From Antedon mediterranea (Eukaryota > Animalia > Echinodermata): a DNA stretch of 64,000 bases. Positions 1-13,800 of this stretch are shown piece by piece. Under the pieces are notes generated by a model. That model had not been told where the DNA came from. It saw nothing but the letters and a program-made list of their open reading frames with translations, and searched no databases. Numbering within the stretch: position 1 is the first letter of the stretch; each line of letters begins with the position of its first letter. The position numbers and the translations under genes are program-made. Location of the stretch: NCBI RefSeq assembly GCF_964355755.1, contig NC_092671.1, positions 13,454,001-13,518,000 on the forward strand, written 5' to 3'.

Positions 1-1714
1 TCATCCACAAATCAAATGGCAATATAAGTAGTGATAAAATAATTCCTAACCAACTGTAATTCATCCAATCATTGTAGATCTTGGACTACCATCATAACAG
101 TATAACTAATAATAACTAGATACATTTTAAACACACATAAAAAGGCACTTAGCCAAATGTCACAGAGCACTGTCCCTGAAACAGGGACATTTTTAAGTTG
201 ATTTTTTATTTAAATATGTGTTTGTATCTTATTTATATTTTTGGATGGAACAGTAGCAATACATTCTAATAATTCATCTTGGTTGGGGTGGCTTATTCTC
301 ATTCTCACATATTTTATATATCTTAACTTTTAACAAATTAATTTCCAGTATATTAACCAAAATAATTAATGTAATGTAACCTATTAATGCAACCTAAATC
401 TATATACCTGTTTCTAAACCACTTAAATAAACACACAAGAGATCCCATCAATTCAATAATATCTTATTATAGCCTGAATAGCATATGGTTTATCCATAAT
501 CTACATAGGTCAAGGGGCATGTTTAACACATATATAATAAATAAAAGAAATAGTTCTATCACATAAATTGTAATAAGAGAATTTTCAGGCATGCTCTACA
601 TTAATCATAACCAAATTACATAAAATTAACTCCTTTAGGCATGCAATATGTCTAGCCATATAGATTTTGTTCGTATTTAATGAAAATTAATCCCAACAAG
701 TGCTCTGTTCTGAAACTGTAAGACCATTCAGGTACAGATTCAAGTCTTCTGTCATATAACAGGAAAAAACAAGACATAGGCACAGCTGTCATAGCTGTCA
801 AAAGAACTTCCTTCCAAGCACGGTAAATGATTCACTCATTTCAATGTTAACTTTAACGGTCAAAAATTACATTGCAAATCTATTTCCTAATGTATTTTTA
901 ATGTATTGTTAACAGATAAAAAGCGCAGGGTGGGTGCCAACAAGTTAGGGGGTGGTGTTTAAATAATATTAGGTTATAAAAGAGACTTGCTGGGTGTTAA
1001 TAACAAATTAAACCAGATGGAACAAATCTCTGCGGGGTGACTCCGCCCAGGACAACTTCAGTCATGCATAATGTTCTTAGCTTTATAAGAATAAGAACAA
1101 TAAATATCTTACAAATTTGGAGTGGCTTCTTCGGATAATGGTGATATTAGGCTGAGTAGATGAACTTAAAATAATGGGGGTTTTTTTTAGCTGGAAGAGG
1201 GAGTGAAGGCAATATAATTCTCATAATTAATTAATTAATTAACTACATACCTACATGTTATATAAACACTAGCAATGGAATCTTCATAAGTTAATGTTCA
1301 CTTTTCATTAATAAGACATTGCAATTTTCAATTACGTTTTGTGTGCAATATGGTTGTATAACATCCCTGTTTTACCCTAAATATGTAAAATTGTTATCAC
1401 TATTTATTCAAACATGCACTCCAACTAATTGTTTGGTGCACAAAACAAATAATATCCAGCTTGTAAATCTGTATACTGCCTTGCATACTTTTAAAGATCA
1501 TCTCAAGGAGGCTAGGGCTGGATGGCTGCACATTCATATTGGCAAATGCTCCTTCTTTCTAGGAATCCCTTGTATTGAAAAGTGTACTTTGCCAATTTAC
1601 TTATTTCAAATATACAGGCCTTTAAACACATTTTTTTGGGGTCGCCTGCACCTCATCCCATGTTAGCACTACCCACGACTCATACATGTTGTGTTTTGAC
1701 ATTTGTAAACTCAC

Positions 1715-1832
1715 CAGGTCCACTACTAAACAGTATTCAGGTGCGCTGCGAGTCTTGAGGGGAAGTACAGGATCTCGGCTACTTAGGTCACAGACTTCCT
1801 GCAGTGGCGGAAGCTGCTTAATGAAATAATAT
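1715..1832 (-). CDS. CTDSPL2: CTDSPL2-like exon (YYFIKQLPP...[16 protein letters not shown])
   Basis: Acceptor cttag, donor gtgag, 118 nt, phase 2 to 0; start of the FCP1/SCP phosphatase domain. Confidence 0.93.
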
Positions 1833-4800
1833 CTAAGCGAAGAAAAAACACAGCAAAAAATAAACAAGGCTGCAAATTATATTGAAAGAATTGAAAAAAA
1901 AATGTTAGAAATTTAAAAATTATTGATTAAGACTAAATAATATTAATAGTAATAATTTATTTTTAATTGCTGGTGTCCAAAAAAAAGGTTCAGATGGCAA
2001 ATTTAAAATTGGCAAGAAAATAAACAATTATATATAACTAAAAATAATATAAAGTATTGACATGTGTGAATGACACCCAATAGACAAAATAAACAATAAT
2101 TATTCAATTTAATTTGTAAAGTTCTTCCTCAATACTTCCTTCAAGCCATGTCATGTCACTTGTTCTTTCTAATAATCCATTTTATCCCAGTTGGGTAATA
2201 ATTTTGTAATTAGTTTGCTTACGGATCAAAGACTTCCCATTCTTCAGGTCCACCAGTTGTATCCTCTTCATCGGTATAAACATTACTCTCTGGCGTTTCT
2301 TCGGTTGCTGTTCTCACGATTTCATTATCATTGTCATCTACAGAAAAATAAAATGTATTTATTCGATCGAATATAAAGCAATCGTTGGATATAAGTTAAA
2401 TTATATAAGTTTGTGGTCATTTTCAGGCAAAAGACAGTTCACTACATTTAGTATGTAAACTTATCCCACTGAAGCTTAAGTTTGGTCAGTTTGGTTGAAT
2501 TACCCTCAATGGCTAAATTGGCAAAAAAAAATGGTTATTTTGACTGTTCATTAGAACTTGCTACTATCTCGGTAAACTAACCATGCTATTATAAGTACAA
2601 TACCGCTACTAAATATTGGTAACGCTACCGAAAATGAAAAGCGTGACCTAAATAGAATAGTCAAAACCGCATCGCGTATAATTGGATCTGCACAATTGCC
2701 TTTGGAGAACATATTTTCAAATCGTCTTCTGAAAAAGGCAGTGGCTATCAAAGATGATCAATTTCATCCGGCCTCCAGTTGATGCGCAGCGGTCGGCAAT
2801 TTCGTTCTATTAAGGCCAATAAGGCAGGATTTACAAATAGTTTCTTTCCAGGAGCTATTAGAGCCTTAAACATAATGTAGACACTTTTTTGTAATGTTTT
2901 TGAGTTTGTTTTGTGTCCGTTGGATATTGTGCTCCGCCAACTTAGCAAACAGAATTTCTATGTTTTTTCTTAAAATAAATGATAATAAATGATACTTGAC
3001 TTGACTAAAACATAAATGTTATGCAAGAACAAGGCTGTATAATCAAGTTAGTTATGCAAATGTCACAGTAATGTCAAACATTTACCTCTATATGAATTAT
3101 CTTTTAAATCTTCGTTATATGTTTCGGTAATCATTTCAGTCGTAGTTAGTCCATCTACACACGGTGGTAGCTCCTCCTCCTCCGAGGTACTAGGAGGGCA
3201 ACAGGCTGGCAAACCTTGAGCTGCTTCAAAAACATCATCATTCATTTCATCACCTTCAACACCATTCTCTCCTTCCTTACTATCGTTACCAATACCTGTT
3301 GTAACCAAAATAAAAGTTTAATAGTGTTAATTGCTAGAGAATGTCGTACAATGAAATAATGTATACTATACTAATTCCAGAAACACTTTAACATAAGATA
3401 CTTTTACATATAACAATAAATATATCACTTAAGTATATTTTTAGATTTATAATTTCAATTGCATACAACATTATGGAGATTTTATTGTTTATAAATTTAT
3501 GCATAAACACATTGTAAAATATGCTGGTTATTTCTTTGTGTATTTAAATTGGTTTCTGTTAAAATAAAATATTACAGGGTGGTATATACTGTACCTACAT
3601 TACACAGGGTTTCTGATTTGAGCCACAAAATGTAATTGCAATGAGAATAATAAATAACACTGATGATAGGTACAATAAATCGTTCTAAACACATTATCAT
3701 TGTTATCATTGTATTATATTTAATTATATATAATAGGTATTAAAACTATTTTCATTTTAAAACTAATTTGGTTGCTTTATTTTTAATTTAGTAATTAATG
3801 GTGGAATAATTCTGTATAATAACAGGATAAAAAAAAATTTTTTTTAACTTAGGATGAATAATCTACAATGGAATCAAAATAAAACATGCAGTTTTTTAAT
3901 AATTTAATATTATTTGAATTAAAGTCAAATACATGTTTAAACAGTTTTTAAAAATAAATTTGGTGAATTATCATTTACCAAACATACTTCAGTAGGCTGT
4001 ACAGTTTGACAGTATTTTCATGAGTGTAATATTTACATTAATTATTCCTATTTATGTAGCCAGCCATTCAGTGATCATACAGTACAGCAAATTGAAGGCA
4101 ATTGAAATACTTGATAAAAGCAGCATTAATGTAACTATAGCAGTTTGTTTGGCACTGTCCCAAAATTGTCAATGCCAAATGTCACTGTGGTAGTAAAGGT
4201 CCTTTCACAAAGTGAGCTGCTGCTCAAACTCTTCATTACTACAAAATGGTCTTAAATTACTTGATGTTACAATATTCAATTATTAATATTATTGAAAATG
4301 TCCAGTCGTAATAATAGAGATACACCAGCTAATATAACAGGTCACATTATTCTACTATTCACACTTGGCATTTAGTCGTCACTCATCACATCAACTAAAG
4401 GGCAAAGAAACTGCATTTGTAATCATTTGGGAAACAATAGTTAAATTCAATAGTTGATCTAAACTGTATCATCTTACAGTACCTGTGGAAGGGGAGGGTG
4501 AACTATGTATAGAGGAAACACACACGAAATACTGAAATCTATTAAATTATACAGTAGTACATGGATAACTAAGTAGTTACAGTAGTTATCCATTACTTTG
4601 GATTTTATTTTTTATGCTTATTGTACTTATTGCTGCATTCATAAGGCCAGGTGCAAGCAAAACATTTCTATTGATCATACATTCCAATAATTATCGATCT
4701 ATAGTTTCCCCTATGTTTCATAATTTTTTGGATTTTATTTGTGTTACACAAGCTTGTTTAAAATAAGCACTTTATAGTTCAAATTACACAGTAAAATCTC

Positions 4801-7800
4801 TATTCTTTTGTACACACAGAGAGCCATTTTAAAAAGCTATGAAAAATAAACGGTGTGGTAAAAAATGTTATCAGATGACTAAATATAGGTAATATAAATT
4901 TTACATTTCTGGTATTTTTATTCAACTTCAGATTTTTATTTTCATTCTATAGCAAAAATTATCCACCATATATATCCACCATCTGTTTTCACCTTCTAGG
5001 GAGTCACCAGACATGTTATTATACATTAGGTTAAACTAACTACTGAAAAAAAAGTCTTGGTTTTTATAAATGATTTTGCCAAATTTTTTTATTTGACCAT
5101 ATTAAGGGAAATTTATGTTTTTCGTCTTGATTTCTGTTACAAATATTTGATTTATGTACAATTAACCAGATATTATATTTAAAATTCATGCCTGTACCCA
5201 AGCTTTAAGAAATCTGTGATAATACAACTCAGTACTTTACAATACAGTGTGATAACATCCTTAGATTAATATGATTACAGACAAATTCTAGACCCCTGCT
5301 GACCATCACTTGTACTTTTTTTTAAATTACTTTAGCCAGTCTGTACTTGTTCATATTACGGTCTACAAAGTTGTGGATCACAAATTGATCTTGGATATTG
5401 TGACTGTGCATGTCTGATCTCAGAGATTACAAAATAATCTGGAATTTAGAGGTTTATTCTAACTTCTATACTACTGAATGAATAGCAGAACCGCAGTTTG
5501 CTTAAATATTTGCAACCACATTTGATATTAATGCCAATATAATGATAGCACTTGCAAAGCAGAAAATATTTTGAACACCACCCCTCACCTCCCCCACCCT
5601 TTTTTTTGTTAAGACACTAAAGACCGGCATTTAAAAAAGGAATTCCCTTTAAAATAGGGTGTACAAATCAAACTGGCTTGATATTCAATCAATGGTAATT
5701 ATTTTCTTACCAAATAATTGGTATACCGGTGAAAAAATTGAGCCAAGAATACCAGTCCTGGTAGGGTTGTCATTAGCAGGCATTTCAGATGTTTTGGCTG
5801 CAACAGCATTCTTGGGTGCAACTGCAATTCAATCAAATAATTTTCATAACAAATATTAAACAGTATATCAAAATAGTAATTAGTATAATCTTAAAGACAC
5901 CTTCAATAACCAAAAATGTTTCCACTAAAATGAGAGGTCCCTTAATTAGCTATAGGGAATTTCGGCTTGTTTTGCCCCTGGCAATTGGAGACTTATTCTT
6001 GATTGGTTGGCAGGAATGGGTCTACTATAAAGTAAAATTATCCATTAATTTGCTTAAAAACGTATTCCAAATTACATGTATGTTGTCACAGCAGACTTAC
6101 TTGAGTTATTGTTCTCAAGATTGCAACCAGAATCTAAGCGACTCCTCTTGCCACAATTCACAGGTGTAGATGCAATCATATTTTCATCTTCATCCCTTCT
6201 TCTTTTTCGTGGCATTGTCTGTAAAATTGGAAAATAAATGTCTAATATTTTCATCTTTTGATTAACTACCAGAAAATGTGGTTTTCTTACATAATACAAA
6301 CCTCAATTTTTCAACCTGAATAATTATTCATTATTGATAATACAAACACATCCTGTGACATAAAGTGACCATTGGAAAATACCGGTATATTTTAGAGAGA
6401 AATTTACAGCTGGTATGAATATACATTTATAGACCATGAGCAAACAATAATAATTTCTACCAAGCTCAGAAAACGTGGGGGAAAAAAAGCGTTTATGTCT
6501 GGAATTTTATTTTTTATTTTTTTTTATTTTGATAAGGAGCTTAGTATTAGGTATTTTTAGCTTATGTTATGTATCAACATGAAAATGACTTTCCATTCTA
6601 ATAAGCATTACACATCTTAAAATGCTTATGACTGTGATCATGCAATTTAGATTTAAAACAAAAAGAACAAATAAATAATAATAGAAATAGCCATGCAGCT
6701 CAAAAATGTGATTGGGAAAATTATTTTGTTTTTGGTTTTGAGAATTGAATTGAGCAAAATGAATAGTAAAAAGCTAAGGTATAGGAAGATATTTATATGT
6801 TCACATTTAATTAATAAAAATAATGTGAACATCCACTTCTGTCATTCCTCTTAAACATAAAATTGGATGTTGTACAATTGTTTACACTAATGTTAATCAC
6901 AATATTAACTGTAAACGGTTTAGCATCAAATTATATTTATCAGGTTTAGCATAGAAAACAAAAGCATACGTTCAGTTTGAACAGAAAAAATTATACATAC
7001 GATAGATGTATTGTGAATTGCTTAATTGTAAATATTACTGCTGATGACATAATATATTATTAGAACATGAAAAACTGTCTTAATGGACTCTTGAAATATG
7101 CACTATACTCACTACAGACCTAATTACTGGAACAAATATAGTTTTCAGATAAATTCAGCAATGCTCACATTTATGACGATAAATCTCGTAAGAAAATTCC
7201 TATTCTACTACTAATAGTACTTAATATGTATTGGGTAGGAATACAGTATTAGGAAAAAGCTTCAACAAATTTCACTGATTCTGCATAGCAACAGCATAGC
7301 AACAGCATTTGCGTATCACATTTGCATTTGTAAGCTATAGTATATGGTGGTTGCATCCAAAAGAGTGTCAATTAGATCTGGTAATTGACTATCCAGTTCC
7401 TATTAAATTATATGTGTTAATAAAATTCTGAAAATATCTAAATTTATCCACATAGTTTCATTATTTTTATTCAAACTGATTAAAGACAGATACCAATAAT
7501 TTAAAGACCACATTCTTTTTAGATAGAAGGTGATTTTTAGAAACAAGACAAGTTTTTAATGCACCCTTTTTTCTTCAGTTCTCTTTAAATTGTGAACATT
7601 TTTGCTCCGATGTTTCACCTGCACATAATCCCAGTATGGATGAGCTTAAAGGGATCAATGCACCAAGTAAGACACCATTAACACTTAATATTTGGACCAG
7701 TCCAGGATCGGCCCTAGGTCGCCAATCGGTTAGTGTAAACACTCCATAAAGTTAGGCCAGCTCTTGGCCGGATGCAGATCTGGTTCACCTCTCAAGTAGG

Positions 7801-10800
7801 TCCTGGAGCGGCTTTTACATTTGGGCCGGCCTAGGATCCAATCGTAAGTCAATCAATAAACAAGACAAACATTGAAATAGGAAATATTGCACATAAATCA
7901 CGACACACAACAAAACCTTGGCATTATAATGTGTAATTAACATGGAATGTATGCAATACCATTTTAAAAATAGAAGTCTATAAATACTATAGAAACTAAT
8001 CTTTTTTTTTTAATTAACTAGTCATCAAAATGTCATTATAACCTATGTATGTATTCAATAAAATATAAATCTACTGCAATTGCATTCTTACATTTTTTGG
8101 TATATGATTAAAGTTCAAGGTTAGTGAGTAATGTTATGTTATTCAGTAATTGCGGTATCTATATCATTGACGACGACTGTGTACATCGCCGTTGACACTT
8201 TAGGCCATCTTAGTATTACATTTCAATTTGCATTGATTTGTACTGAATTACAATATAATATTAATTCTATATCGCATAATATTTACTAAGTAGTCGTATA
8301 ACATTTCTGTGTATAATTATGAATGATCATTGTTGAGGTCACACACAAGGTCATATAAATTATAAGGAAGTTGGATATTTAAATAAATGTTAACAAACTG
8401 TCAATAATCAATTTTCAAAATAATATTAATAATCAACCATGTACAGTATTTGTGGGGATGGTCAAATTGAACCATTTCTGGAGAGTGATGTTTAATTCAT
8501 ATTCTAATTTTCACAAGTTTATCTGGGCTAGTTGTCTGTCTATCTATCTAGGCACATAGACTCACCCAACAATTTTTTAGTGAAGGCGGAGGATTTTGAA
8601 ATCCGGGGCTCCTATAACCTACTGTAATAATTGTGAAATGAAGTGCTGAATTTAACCTACTGTAATAATATACCCTTTCTTTTGCATTGTTCTAATTATC
8701 AAAATATTGGTATTTTTCAGAATTTAACATTATTTATTTTTTATCATCTATAATATGATGATCTTCTTTATCACAACACTAGCCAACGTCCTTGTCGCCA
8801 TGAGCACTTAAAATTTAAAGAAAAACGCACTTGAAGAAAATCTTGAAGCTAAAAAGGTACGACAGTGGTACTGTAATTAATAACACAATGTAAATATTGG
8901 TGCAATAAAATGGTTTCTGTCTTCATTAATATTCAAGTACCTATAATATAGTAGTAATCAATGAAATAGACATAATATAAATCTAGTTCCATTAACCTAA
9001 TTGAAAACCTAATAATATAAAATAATAGCAATAAAAATATTATTATATAATATTCATTTCATATTATACAATAATACATATTTACATTTATGGATCTATG
9101 GTGGTACATAACTCAATGTAATACACTTTAAGTACCATGTAGTATATCCATGATATATACTAATCTGTAAAAATACTACTAAATAATATTATATGGTCAT
9201 TGGTAGTTTTTAACTATAGTCACTTTAATAAACAAATTGATCAAAATAAAAAATGTTCATTCTACAATTATAATTGGGTAATCTTGTTTAGATAGCCGAG
9301 GATTTCAGGTCAAGTCATATCAATACAATGTTTTGTAATTTATGTTTTGGCAAAAGAACACATTAAATGCAGATGAATGACTCAACTATTATTCCCTACA
9401 CTTCTTCAAGAAATTAAAGGTACTCAAATCCCATGTTGAAGCCGAGTCTACACTGCTATCAGTTTCAAGTATCAATTTCATCAGGAAAGTACAATATGTT
9501 TTATAAAGCATTTCCCTCAAGATGTGCTCTACCTGTAGTCTCATTTTCATAATATAAGCTCATCTGACATCTGGTGATTGACACATGTCAAAGGTGATTA
9601 GTGTCTTGATACACATATAGGAGGAATGTATGTTTTCATAATGCCTACAGTGAATATATTCAAGCCATGACTCATTATAGTACCGAATGAAGAGTAGTTA
9701 TTCAGTCACGACTTATTAGTATACTAAATCAACTACGTCAGTATCTCAGCATTCTATAATGACTTGATGTACAAACTTAACTGTGGCATTTAGTAAATAC
9801 TTGTTGCAAACTAAATTAACTGCAACTGATATTAAATTAAGTAAACGTATACCATCATCTTAATATCAATAATAGGGTTTTTGTTTACACAAATAATATC
9901 TTATTACTATTAGTAATAAGTAAGCCAACTTTACAACAAAATATTTTACCTCTGCTACTACAAGTGAATATTTTTTAAATGTAGTATTAAGGTAATGCGT
10001 TTAAAATGAAGGAAATTAGGTCTCTTGGTGGCTTACCTTTTTAGATGACCAGACAATGTTCTTAATTGATGAGATGAGAGAGGGGACAGCAAGGGAAAAA
10101 ACAGGGGTACTTGAGGCTGATTCCTGGTGGGTAGCAGAAAAGAGAAGTGGCTATGGTAATAAAACTAACAACCATGTTGTATACCTTGTGAATTATTATT
10201 AATTATACAATTTTATAATCAATTTTTTATTTATTTATATTGTACAATACTGTATTAAATATATAATTCTACCAATAAAGTAGCAGCTTTGATGAGATAG
10301 TGTATGTTTGTTAATGAGACTTTACATATAGTACTGTACATTTGAGTTTCAATACATTGTCAAGTCATACTCAATAAAAAGAAGAACTGAGAAAGAATTT
10401 ACATAAAATGATTCAAATTAAAATAATATTTAATAACAATTAGTCAACAAGAATTTTGTTTTCTTTTTAAATTAGCTGTATTATTCATGTGAATTGATTT
10501 TAAAATAATGAAACCAGAAAATGAAGAAATGTAACAATTTGTTAACGGAAACAGATTAGAAAATGAAATAAATATTAGGATTAAACAATAGTCTACAAAC
10601 AAATCATGTTATTAAGTAATCAGGTGGACATTAAACAACAATGAAACTGAAACAAAACGTATGTACATACCAAAGTCATCTTTCCTAGATAGTCAATGTT
10701 TACATATAGCAACTTTACTGTAAATGGTACTACTAATATCTACTGTATTACAGACATTCAAATAGAAGGTGTTACATTTAAGGCTTTAATTGTTATGCTA

Positions 10801-13800
10801 ATTAGATGTGTATTTTTGAATGTGGAAAGTTGCCAGCTTTTATAACTGCCTTCCAAATATTGATTATTAATTATGAGAACAAAAGACTTGACTGACATCT
10901 ACACTAAGAAGATCATGTTAGATCAAACAGATAAAGAAACTGTAAGTCTGTACATTATGATGGTAGGGTACTGTAGGTGAAATAATGGCTGACCTGTTGA
11001 CAAAGATAATAATTCTTAAAATTAAATATAAATATTGTACCTCTGTAAAAAACTTTTTTTATAATGTTTTTGTTGGATATGCCATTTAATGTCACAATAG
11101 CATCCTCCTTCTAGTATTTATAATATACGGTAAGTACTGTATTATGTTTACTTTGGCATTTGGAATACAGAAATAATAATTTACTATTATTATTATTTTT
11201 AAACTCCTTTGAAAACAAAATCATTGTCCAATTGGGCAATGGATTTGTATCACATACATTTTCAGAAACTGTACCTTTAAACTTGTTTTGAAATACTAAA
11301 CATATTTTATAAATCAATCGCAATTAAAATTTAAGAACAGGATGTACAGTAGTAAGAAAGATTTATGAGTCCTTACGAATTTTAGATCTTAGTTTAAAAC
11401 AAACATCTTGTGCCCCACAATTGATTCCATAAACAATAATAACAACATTATAATTTGTATTCTTAATCCCCTAATATTAATAAATTCTGTGCTTGTTACG
11501 AAAGAGGCTGTTAAATAGATACCTTTTTGTATATTATTTCTGAATAATTTAATTTTCTTGTAGAATATTAAACAGTCATATAAAAATCTAAATCTCATTT
11601 TAAATTCATTCATTTAAGATCCCATGACACAATTTAATAACTGATTGTAAATAATACGCTACATGCTTACATAGTCTCCCCAATGCAATGATTGTATAGT
11701 AATTCACTATGCGCGATCGAGTTTGTTACACACATTTTATGCATTGACGATATAAACAATTATGATAGTGGCCAGTTGCCAATATAATATTATGCAGTAT
11801 TCAACACAGAACATGTAATAATCGAACAGAGTCTATGCGGCATAATTTAAATATGCTGATTTCTTCCAGAGTATCTGATGAAAATTGCAGAGACCAATTA
11901 ATAATGGCGCATTCTATTGTAAGTCAAGTGTATGCAAGCTTTTTAATCTGTTCAGGATTGGTTTTTTTTATGAAGTGAATATTCGATATTTTAAATAAAC
12001 AAAGGCTGTTTTTATGAATAACTAAACAACTTACAAGTATGAAATGCAATCATAATTTATTATTTATTTTATTTATTTCATATACTTATTATATTTTTTA
12101 AATGAATTTATTTATAATAGCAGCACAGATTTCCAAAAACAAAAAAATTAGAGGGTGGGATTACAGTATTAATGGATTTGTGTTCAAATTTAGTCTAAAT
12201 TCAGAACAAAATGATTCTTTTTTTTTAAATGATGTTTTACATCATACTTTAGAATAGTTAAATCGAAAAAAGTAGCAGACTTTAAAAATGCTCAACATGC
12301 TCAATCTCTATACTGTACAATTAAAGTTTCAATATTTGTGCTTTTTTGTTAATTAATATCGATCATTTAGTCAAGTAATTAAAGATAATTCAAGCAATTT
12401 GTTTACTACACTACCTTATTATTTAATATCTAATATTATATAACACCTAAATAAATTCCTGACATTTGATTGGACGATTGTGGGTCACATGGCGTGCAAT
12501 AGTACGCACTATTAAACGATCGTTTAATATTACTTTTTGAAACATTTTTGTGTACGAAAAAAAAAATGTCTCGCGGATAAAAAAAAATCTAGTACACAAA
12601 TTATCCTATGATATGGCCATGTACCATTACACTCATAAACATTCATTATTTGTATACTAATAGACAATCTAACACTATAATTTCAATATCTTACTAAGTG
12701 TGAAATAGTTAATTACGGTACTTACACAGGTGTAATTAGGTCAAAAGTTAACAGAAATTTTAAAAATCTAAGTTTAATAATAATATTGAGTTTGTTACAA
12801 AACTCTAATAATTTTGACATTTAAAAACCATTCATATTCAGACTGTAGAGATGAAATGCAAATGAAAGCAACCTTTGTCTTAAGCTCTGTCTACACTATC
12901 AAACTAGTTTGACAAAGAAAGTGTGATGTGCCGAAATATGGTAGTGTATGGAAAGCCAAACCCGCCAAAAATACATAATACATACCATCCACCAATAATT
13001 AATTCGTACAAAATTCAAACCATCCAATATTATCTCATGCAGTTCAATGAAAACTTAAACCATTCACCTAGTATCTACACCATCCAATACAATGTGTGAC
13101 CATCTACCACTAGCCCAAACGACAGTACGCCGAACAAACTACCCATAACACAAACCATCTAAAGAATGTTGAGCCCAGGCAGCAATAATTGAATTAATCT
13201 AACGTTAATACAAGTATATATTAGCCAACTCATTTATCAACATTTCATGTAGTTCATGAACATTTCAAACAAAGCATCTTAATTATAGTTCATCGAATTC
13301 TAATTCTAATACATTGCCTGTTTTATACCCCGTTCGTCTGTTCAACAGTTTAAACAACTGTTTTGCACACGATACGCCCGTTCGTGAGTTCAAACCATGA
13401 TATTTGAAGCATCGACTTTCCAAACAGCGATTTTTCGCACCGAACGTATTTTCTTGAGTTAAAGTGGTTGCATTTCAATCACTTACTTTTGATTGGCCAG
13501 TATTACACACCGTTCGCTTGTTCGTGATTTCAAACCATGATATTTGAAGCATCGACTTTCCAAACGGCGATTTTTCGCACCGAACGTATTTTCTTGAGTT
13601 AAAGTGGTTGCATTTCAATCACCTACTTTCGATTGGCCAGTATTACACACCGTTCGCTTGTTCGTGATTTCATGTGATAACATTTCATTCGACAACTTTT
13701 CAAACGTTAGCTTTTGGCTCCGCTTACGTATATATCAATTGATATACTATTTTTTAATTTTCATACTTTCCATACATCAGTTTTGTACATCATTCGCATT

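Noticed and set aside
1319-1666. 115-aa plus-strand ORF
   Set aside because: Antisense within a CTDSPL2 intron, TTG start, no motif; expected by chance.
5900-6025. GC-richer segment that might be an extra CTDSPL2 exon
   Set aside because: All three minus-strand frames hit stops before a credible donor, and the flanking exons already join in phase.
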